DNA from: Candidatus Neptunichlamydia sp.
GTDB lineage: Bacteria; Chlamydiota; Chlamydiia; Chlamydiales; Simkaniaceae
Assembly: GCA_965233865.1 (NCBI GenBank)
Contig: OZ247587.1
Coordinates: 64,001-128,000 of the forward strand
Direction: 5' to 3'
Length of the DNA: 64,000 nt
The translations under genes were made by a program, and so were the position numbers. Position 1 is the stretch's first letter, and every line of letters begins with the position of its first letter. Positions 57,388 to 64,000 of the stretch are shown one piece after another. Under the pieces are notes generated by a model, which was not told where the DNA came from, did no database searches, and saw only the letters and a list, made by a program, of their open reading frames with translations.

Positions 57388-58970
57388 AAAAATATCTATT
57401 AGTTTTTCTTGTCATTCCTTTTCTTTTCTCCTGCAAGAAGAAAGAGAATAAGGACAATGAAAACCGTATGGTTAACTTATCGATTATTGCTCCTATTCGT
57501 TCCCTAGATCCTCGAGTTTCTAATGAGTCACCTTGTACTCACGTGATTACGATGCTTTTTGAAGGATTGATGCGACTAGGTCCGAATGGAGACATTCTTC
57601 CAGGTGTGGCAGAATCAGTTGATATTTCAGACGATCAGTGCACCTATATTTTTCATTTAAGGGATTCTTTCTGGTCGAATGGAGATCCTGTGACAGCCTG
57701 CGACTTTGAATATGCGTGGAAAAAGTCTGTAGATCCAAAAACTGCACAGAATGGTGCAGTTACATTCTATGCCATAAAAAATGTAGAAGCTTGCCTGACA
57801 AAAAAGGCTACAATTGACGATGTTGGTATCCAAGCTTTAGATGATTATACTCTTGAGGTGCAGTTAGAGCACCCGGCTCCTTACTTTCTATACCTTTGTG
57901 CAAGTTCGACGTATTCGCCTATCCATAAGAAGTTTGATATGGACGATCATCAGTGGGCAAATAGTGTTAATCCCCATTTTGTTTGTAATGGCCCATTTGT
58001 TATCACAAGATGGAAAAAAGATGCTGAAATCGTTGTCGAGAAAAATTCCTATTTCTGGGATGCAGAACTTGTTGCAATTCCTGGAATTCAGATTCAAATG
58101 ATTTCTGATTCAAACACTCAAAGCTTCCTATTCGAGAAAGGGGAATTGGACTGGTTTGGGCAACCTTTCAACTCTATACCAAGAGATATGGTTGGTGATA
58201 ATAAACACAAAAAACAAGCTACGATCATTGATGCATATGGTCTCTTTTGGTTCTTTTTGAATACTGAAAAACCTCCATTCAATAATAAGAATTTCCGTAA
58301 GGCTGTTGCTTATGCTCTAGATCGCAGGTCTATGGCTCAGCATGTCTTTCAACTTGGTGAGGAACCCGCAATGGGAATTCTCAATAAGGAAATTTCTGTG
58401 CAAGATGCTCCTTATTTTGAAGATTGCAATATTGAGCTTGCAAAAGAGTATTTTACGAAAGCTCTTGATGAGATGGGCCTGACTATAGAGACTCTTCCAA
58501 TAGTCCGGATGAGCCAAAGGAGCTGCCTCTTTACCTCTAGAGTGACCCAGGTTGTTCAAGAACAGCTTAGAAAAAACTTGGGGATCCATGTTGAGATTGA
58601 ACATGCCGATTGGCCTGTTCATTTTGTCCGTATTCAAAGAGGTGATTACGAGATAGGAGAGATGCCTTGGCACTCTTGGTTGAAGGATCCCATTTACATG
58701 CTTGATACCTTCCGAAGCAAGAGCTTAGCAATTAATATGAGTCGTTGGGAACACCCTCACTATAAAGAGCTTCTTATACTTGCAGATTTTGAGACAAATC
58801 CTACTCAGAGAAAAGAGTACTTGCATCAAGCAGAAAAACTTCTTATGGAAGAGATGCCCATTATTCCCGTATGCTATACCAAACTATACTATCTAAGTAA
58901 CCCCCATCTTAAAGGGGTATACCTGTCTCCTCTTAAAGAAATCGAATTCCGCTACGCATACTTCGAGTAG
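57384..58970 (+). CDS. oppA: Oligopeptide ABC transporter substrate-binding lipoprotein
   Basis: Lipobox LFSC, SLDPR, WSNGDPVTACDFEYAWK, CNGPF. Confidence 0.9.
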   Translation: MKKYLLVFLVIPFLFSCKKKENKDNENRMVNLSIIAPIRSLDPRVSNESPCTHVITMLFEGLMRLGPNGDILPGVAESVDISDDQCTYIFHLRDSFWSNGDPVTACDFEYAWKKSVDPKTAQNGAVTFYAIKNVEACLTKKATIDDVGIQALDDYTLEVQLEHPAPYFLYLCASSTYSPIHKKFDMDDHQWANSVNPHFVCNGPFVITRWKKDAEIVVEKNSYFWDAELVAIPGIQIQMISDSNTQSFLFEKGELDWFGQPFNSIPRDMVGDNKHKKQATIIDAYGLFWFFLNTEKPPFNNKNFRKAVAYALDRRSMAQHVFQLGEEPAMGILNKEISVQDAPYFEDCNIELAKEYFTKALDEMGLTIETLPIVRMSQRSCLFTSRVTQVVQEQLRKNLGIHVEIEHADWPVHFVRIQRGDYEIGEMPWHSWLKDPIYMLDTFRSKSLAINMSRWEHPHYKELLILADFETNPTQRKEYLHQAEKLLMEEMPIIPVCYTKLYYLSNPHLKGVYLSPLKEIEFRYAYFE

Positions 58971-61375
58971 CCAAGAAGATGGAGGAGGGGGGTAGCAACG
59001 TCGCGTCGATGGCCTTTGAATGGGTAAGCATGGATATAGAGGACTGGGTTATAGTTGAGTTCAATAATGGCATATGACTTAGAGGTAGGCGCTTTTTTTG
59101 GTTTGGACACCACCATGTCCACTCCACAGATCTTTGCATCGATTGCATGGGTTGCTTGAAGAGCGATTTGGAAGTATCCAGGGTGAATTTTGTCTGTGAC
59201 ATCATGTGCATCGCCTCCGGTTGAAACATTGGAATTATGGCGCAGGAAGATTTCTTCCCCCTTTTTAGGAGTGCTTTTCTGTGTGAGTCTCTGCTGTTTA
59301 AGGTTCTTTTTCTCTTCTGGTCCAAGGCGTAGAAAGGTTTTAGGATCGCGATAATAGGAAGGATCATGATTTTTTGAGTGAACTAGGGATTGGATTGTTG
59401 ATGCTCCATCTCCAACAACATGGGAAGGAATTCTTTTTACTACTCCGATACATTTTCCATCAATAATGAGAAAACGGTACTCATCTCCTGGGCAAAATTC
59501 TTCAATTAATACAGAAGGACCGTAAGAAAACCCTTGTTTAAGGGCGCGGTAGGCCTCCTTCTCATCATGGGGATCGATAATGAAAACCCCTAGGCCAAAA
59601 TTGGTCGATTTAGGTTTAATCACACTCTTTTTTTTGAGATAGTGGGGCAGGTCAATCTTTGCAGCATCGATGGAGGTGTAGCTCTTTCCTTCAGGAACAC
59701 GTAGGTTTTTTCTTTTAAGAATCTCTTTTGTAATCTGCTTGTTTTCTATAAGATGGGCAACAATATAGGAGTCTTTAGAGGTCTTTGTCGCTTCTTTCAC
59801 ATACTCGATGTGTCCCTCTTTTTCAAGACGGAGTAGTTGATCCGTGCGATCGAGGACTTCGACATTAATGTTCCACTCTAGGGCTTTTTGGATTAGAATT
59901 TGGGTTGAGAGTTCAAGATCTTCATACCCATCAACAAGAATAGATGCTGCAGTCTCAAGTTTTTGATTTTCAATTCGTGAGTCAATGACTTGTTTTTCAA
60001 AGTGTTTAAGTTGCTTTGAAGCAAGAGAAGTTGAAAGAAGAGTCTTTTTATGGCTTTTAGCAAGTTTTACTCCAAGGTGTTGATAGGTTGAGTGATTCAA
60101 ACTTTCTGCAATAAGTGCAGAAGGTGTTAGAGACGCATTTTTCACTTTCTCCTTTTGGAGGTTAAGATTTTTCTCCTTTCCAAGAAGCTTAGCAATAGGT
60201 TCCATAGATTTGAAGATTCTCATGCCCCAATTTTCTAGAGAGATCTCATTCTTTTCGCGGAGAATCAAACCCTTTTTTCTCCCTTCAAGAGCGACCTTAT
60301 TCTGGTTACAAGTGAGGCAAATCTGACACTGCTTTGAAAGAAGAGGAGCTCTTTTATTCATGCAGTAGAGAAGGAAGCAGTGAAGAAAATCAATTTGCTC
60401 GGCTGTAATTCCAGCGGGATGATAGGGATCAAGGTCAATTGTTCGTACTTCGATATACTCAATCCCTCGACTCTGCAAAGCTTCTAGGGGAGATTCTCCG
60501 TTTTTCGAATTTGCTTTAGGGCGGATCCTCGAATAATGCTCATTTTCGATTTGCAAAATATGGTTGTTTAGTTGTGAAGGGATCGAGAAGTACTCCTCCT
60601 TCGGCGTCGAGATAGCAGTTCGCATTTCCTCAATGTATTCATCTAAGGAATTCAAAGAGATGGCGAGTTGATTTTGAACTCGACTATAATACCCAAGATG
60701 GCTGGTTCGAATAGAAGTGGCGTGAGGGCCAACAAAGGCTTCCCCAATCTTTTGAAATCCTTTAGGTAAATCTATATAGCTAAGATCTACTGCAGGTGAG
60801 GCTCCAAAGAGATAAGACAATAGCCATCCTTCACGCAGAAAATTACGAATCAACCCTAAATATTTTTCATTGATAAATTCCTGAATCGGAAGAGAAGACT
60901 TTTCGTGTGTATGGAGTTTTTCCCAAAAGGGGAGGTCAAATGAGAAATTAAAGTGAATTCCTGAGATCATTTGAAGGTTCATCCCATACCGATCTCTTAG
61001 TCCTTCGCGATAAATTTCTTTTTTTCTTCCTGCATGGGAAGAGCCATAGTGCGCAATTTGAATTTTGTCTAAACAAGGAGGCATTGAAAAAGGCCAGAAG
61101 AGTTCCTTTGGATTTTTTTTAAGAGAAAAATGCACAAGATCTTCTAAAAATTTCTGTGCATCGCGAAAGGAAGTTTTGGGAGGGGTATTCCACTCCAACT
61201 GTTGTTCTCCAAAATCGGTATTGACATGCGGATGTGTCAGCGGAGAGCCAAACGATTTTGGATGAGGGCATCTTGAAATGTTGCCGTTAGAATCTATGCG
61301 AAGAGATTCCCGTTCCAATCCAAAATGAAACGCATCTAAGAGTTTTCGATTTTTCTTTAGAAATTCGAGGTTCAT
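58952..61375 (-). CDS. gshAB: Bifunctional glutamate--cysteine ligase / glutathione synthetase (GshF)
   Basis: GLERESLR, TDFGEQQLE, QMISGIHFNFS, EYIEVR.IDLDP (GshA-like), then LELSTQILI, KPKSTNFGLG, NSNVSTGGD, IIELNYNP (ATP-grasp). Start set to ATG 61375. Confidence 0.93.
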   Translation of the reverse strand: MNLEFLKKNRKLLDAFHFGLERESLRIDSNGNISRCPHPKSFGSPLTHPHVNTDFGEQQLEWNTPPKTSFRDAQKFLEDLVHFSLKKNPKELFWPFSMPPCLDKIQIAHYGSSHAGRKKEIYREGLRDRYGMNLQMISGIHFNFSFDLPFWEKLHTHEKSSLPIQEFINEKYLGLIRNFLREGWLLSYLFGASPAVDLSYIDLPKGFQKIGEAFVGPHATSIRTSHLGYYSRVQNQLAISLNSLDEYIEEMRTAISTPKEEYFSIPSQLNNHILQIENEHYSRIRPKANSKNGESPLEALQSRGIEYIEVRTIDLDPYHPAGITAEQIDFLHCFLLYCMNKRAPLLSKQCQICLTCNQNKVALEGRKKGLILREKNEISLENWGMRIFKSMEPIAKLLGKEKNLNLQKEKVKNASLTPSALIAESLNHSTYQHLGVKLAKSHKKTLLSTSLASKQLKHFEKQVIDSRIENQKLETAASILVDGYEDLELSTQILIQKALEWNINVEVLDRTDQLLRLEKEGHIEYVKEATKTSKDSYIVAHLIENKQITKEILKRKNLRVPEGKSYTSIDAAKIDLPHYLKKKSVIKPKSTNFGLGVFIIDPHDEKEAYRALKQGFSYGPSVLIEEFCPGDEYRFLIIDGKCIGVVKRIPSHVVGDGASTIQSLVHSKNHDPSYYRDPKTFLRLGPEEKKNLKQQRLTQKSTPKKGEEIFLRHNSNVSTGGDAHDVTDKIHPGYFQIALQATHAIDAKICGVDMVVSKPKKAPTSKSYAIIELNYNPVLYIHAYPFKGHRRDVATPLLHLLGYSKYA

Positions 61376-61379
61376 ACCC

Positions 61380-62273
61380 TTATTTTTTTTCCTGTACATA
61401 AGATCGAATATACAAAATCTGATTAGTAAAATCCAAATAGATAACGTGATTTTCGATAAAATCCATCCCCAAGACACCATCAACTCCTTCCATCTCATCC
61501 GGAATAGGGATCAGATGAAGGTCCATCGGACTAAATTCGTGCCCATTCATCCGAAAAGTCTCAGTTTTTAAGAGAGGGTACCCTTTGTCCATTATACCTA
61601 CAGTTTCAGTTTGCAACTGAGCTTTACGTATTGTCCATGTACTTCCAGTATCTACAGCATAATGCTGTCTTCCCTGATCAATTTCTATTTCTAGACAAAT
61701 TGTTTTAGGACTCAGAATAAGTGGAACTGAAAGAAATTCTACGAGATCATAGCCCTCTTTTTTTAAACTCTTAGGTTTGTTAGATAGAACCATCAATTTT
61801 TGTTGGTAGTCTAAAAGAATATTCTTCTTAGTAAGCAGTTGTTGCCCAATAAGCCCTCGAGGAATAATTTTTTTTTCACATAATTCAGAATCTGACCATA
61901 AAAGGGTGCTCTTTTCTGAAGATTGCTCAGTAGCAAACGTATTTCTGAACGTTTGTTTACCTAGTTGAACCTTATTCAGTTTATACTTAGGTTGCTCATA
62001 CTTTTCACCCTTAGCGTTTATCCATTGAGTATTTCCAATTTGTTGTTTAGGAATCTCGTCCATAGCTCGAGAATCTAGGCTCAAACAGAAAATTGAGCCT
62101 AAGTCTACTTTTAATAAATAGGAGTTTCCATCAATGAGAACTTTAACGATTAGCAAGTTTGCATCGGTGAATTCTACGTGAATCCGATCATAGTATTTTG
62201 TAGGGAAAAAAAGCCACGAAATCCCTACCAGTAAGATCGTAGTGATAATTAGGAAAAACCTCTTTTTCACCAT
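61380..62273 (-). CDS. Two-domain retropepsin-like aspartic protease, membrane anchored
   Basis: N-terminal TM; VDLGS...GLIG and VDTGS...DGVLGMDF lobes. Confidence 0.82.
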   Translation of the reverse strand: MVKKRFFLIITTILLVGISWLFFPTKYYDRIHVEFTDANLLIVKVLIDGNSYLLKVDLGSIFCLSLDSRAMDEIPKQQIGNTQWINAKGEKYEQPKYKLNKVQLGKQTFRNTFATEQSSEKSTLLWSDSELCEKKIIPRGLIGQQLLTKKNILLDYQQKLMVLSNKPKSLKKEGYDLVEFLSVPLILSPKTICLEIEIDQGRQHYAVDTGSTWTIRKAQLQTETVGIMDKGYPLLKTETFRMNGHEFSPMDLHLIPIPDEMEGVDGVLGMDFIENHVIYLDFTNQILYIRSYVQEKK

Positions 62274-62479
62274 GATTTTCTGAACTCAACCCCTCCTTTA
62301 GCAGACGTAATTCCATCACTATTGTGGGAAATAGAGTTACTAACCTCAAATGGGAGATTATCTTCTTCATTTGTTAACTCAACGAGAAGCCCGTTCCACT
62401 CTGATTCTGTGTCTCTGCTGTATCCTTCCCATCGCACGACTGTACTTTTTTCGGTGACGTTTTCTAATTCCATGGCCAC
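62267..62479 (-). CDS. Small hypothetical protein
   Basis: 70-aa ORF overlapping the protease start; no motif. Confidence 0.4.
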   Translation of the reverse strand: MAMELENVTEKSTVVRWEGYSRDTESEWNGLLVELTNEEDNLPFEVSNSISHNSDGITSAKGGVEFRKSW

Positions 62480-62532
62480 TTCCGGGTTGGAATTAAAAAG
62501 GGCATTTTAAATTAACATATTAATTAATTACA

Positions 62533-62619
62533 AGCTCTGTTCTAAGTCTAGAGAGAGTAGCTAAATGGTATAATCCAATCCTGTAAGAATGGATGAATTA
62601 CTATGGGTGCTACTTCAGA
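62533..62619 (+). mobile_element. Group II intron maturase (domain X) fragment
   Basis: Translates SSVLSLERVAKWYNPIL*EWMNYYGCYFR, matching the NP.lrGW.NYY maturase signature. Confidence 0.6.
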
Positions 62620-62825
62620 TTAGGTATTTTTTGGATGCTTGAAGAAGAGAGGGGTTTGCTTTGAAGACACCTATCTTATATATATTTCCAGGATAGAAAA
62701 ACTTATTTTCGTTCTAACAGTCGTATTTTGTTGGAGTCATCTCATAGGAGAGGTAAAGGAGCCCTAAGTTTCTAAATCTTGAGAATTACATTCTATAAAA
62801 AACAAGGATATTTTATTAAAAAGTT

Positions 62826-64000
62826 ATGGAGAAATTGAGACTATTTGTTTTAGCAATTCCTTTTTGTTTTTTGTTTTTATTTTTGTTTGAAAGTTGCACA
62901 GCATTAAAGAAAAGAAAACATGAACCTGAAATGATCGAAACTGTAGACGTTTCTTCTGCGATTGATTCGGCTCTTAGCATTCCAGATTTTGCAGAAGGGG
63001 AGTGGCCTGCATATAATTGGTGGATTCTTTTTGAGGATGGGCAGCTTTCTGAAATTATGGAAGTAGCAATTGAAAACAATCCTGATTTATTAGCAGCGGT
63101 CTCCCGTGTCCGGGTAGCGCAAGAAGAAGCTCAAAAGGCACGCTCTCTTCTTTTACCTCAATTTAATGCAAGCTTCAATGACAATTATAAACACCTCAGC
63201 AAAGATAGCTTGGATAGATTTCTCCCGTCGGAGGTTCCTGCAGTGATTAATCAAGTTTATTTAGCATTAAACTTCGAATATGAAATTGATCTATTTGGGA
63301 AAAATAGACATAAGTACCGCGCGTCAATGGGGGAAGCAAGAGCTCAAGCTGCCGAAATGTCAGAATCTCTATTGATCATTACTGCGATGCTCGCAGAAAC
63401 CTATATCAACTATGCTGCAAATCTTCAAAATCTTCAATTTAGCAGTGCTTTAGCAGAGGCTCAAAAGGTCTATCTTGAATTGACTGAGCTGCGCTTTTTG
63501 AATGGCTTAGATGATCAGATGATGGTAGATTTTGCCAATGTAAAACTTCTTTCTGCTGAAGAGAACGTTGTTGCCTATAAAAAAGAAGCAGATCTTAATC
63601 TTAGCCAAATTAAAATTCTCATGGGGCTAAGTCCCGATGATGGATGGGAGATTACAACTCCAACACTTGCTTTTGACCGGCCATTTCCAATTCCTGAGAA
63701 CATTCCCTTAAATCTTTTATCTCGGCGCCCAGATCTTATGGCTCAAATCTGGACTGTCGAAGCAGCAGCCCATTTGATTAACGCTGCAAAAGCCGCATTT
63801 TTCCCCAATATCAACCTGATTGCAATCGCTGGGTTAGAAAGTTTAAAATGGAATAATCTCTTTACTTTGGATAGTTATGCTGCTGCACTTGCTCCAGCTA
63901 TCAATCTTCCTCTTTTTTCAGGAGGGAAGCTCACAGCGCAGTTAAATGAAAAATATGCAACTTATGATGCTGCGGTTCATGATTATAATGCGCTTCTTCT
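62826..64000 (+). CDS. Outer membrane efflux lipoprotein, NodT/OprM family (runs off the window)
   Basis: Not in the ORF track. Manual translation gives lipobox-like FESC, WWILFEDGQL...AIENNPDL, YEIDLFGK, LLSRRPDL, AAFFPNI. Confidence 0.9.
   Translation, partial: MEKLRLFVLAIPFCFLFLFLFESCTALKKRKHEPEMIETVDVSSAIDSALSIPDFAEGEWPAYNWWILFEDGQLSEIMEVAIENNPDLLAAVSRVRVAQEEAQKARSLLLPQFNASFNDNYKHLSKDSLDRFLPSEVPAVINQVYLALNFEYEIDLFGKNRHKYRASMGEARAQAAEMSESLLIITAMLAETYINYAANLQNLQFSSALAEAQKVYLELTELRFLNGLDDQMMVDFANVKLLSAEENVVAYKKEADLNLSQIKILMGLSPDDGWEITTPTLAFDRPFPIPENIPLNLLSRRPDLMAQIWTVEAAAHLINAAKAAFFPNINLIAIAGLESLKWNNLFTLDSYAAALAPAINLPLFSGGKLTAQLNEKYATYDAAVHDYNALL

Overview
The window is chromosomal DNA from a member of the Chlamydiota. 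The basis is chlamydia-style gene order (SpoIID-like-ruvB / dcd-FtsB-like; nusB-murB; infC-rpmI-rplT-pheS), a PknD-type kinase, dapL and a pGP8-like gene. The richer metabolism (nadB, cysDN, gshAB) suggests an environmental lineage rather than Chlamydiaceae, which is an inference. Most of the window is housekeeping. Three zones stand out. (1) A ~9 kb decaying integrative element in tRNA-Ser(UGA) (att repeats 22963-23014 and 32051-32101). It carries an internally deleted integrase, an intact but catalytically dead pGP8-like recombinase, an Xis-like protein ending in a clamp-binding-like motif, an NrS-1-type primase-polymerase/DUF3987 gene, a nested inverted-repeat putative origin, a family A DNA polymerase and cargo. 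(2) A flanking accessory zone with duplicated Inc-like genes, one with a tandem-repeat tail, and three small tandem paralogues. (3) A 49.8-59 kb locus with a 1159-aa signal-peptide-less fusion of an unknown domain to an OppA-type domain, an SH2-like gene plus its decayed duplicate, a MATE exporter and two OppA lipoproteins with no permease. A highly degenerate, still open ThrRS-like gene sits in the canonical thrS position. Small IS1, IS200, IS630 and group II intron relics are present. All assignments come from motif recognition by eye; no searches were run.
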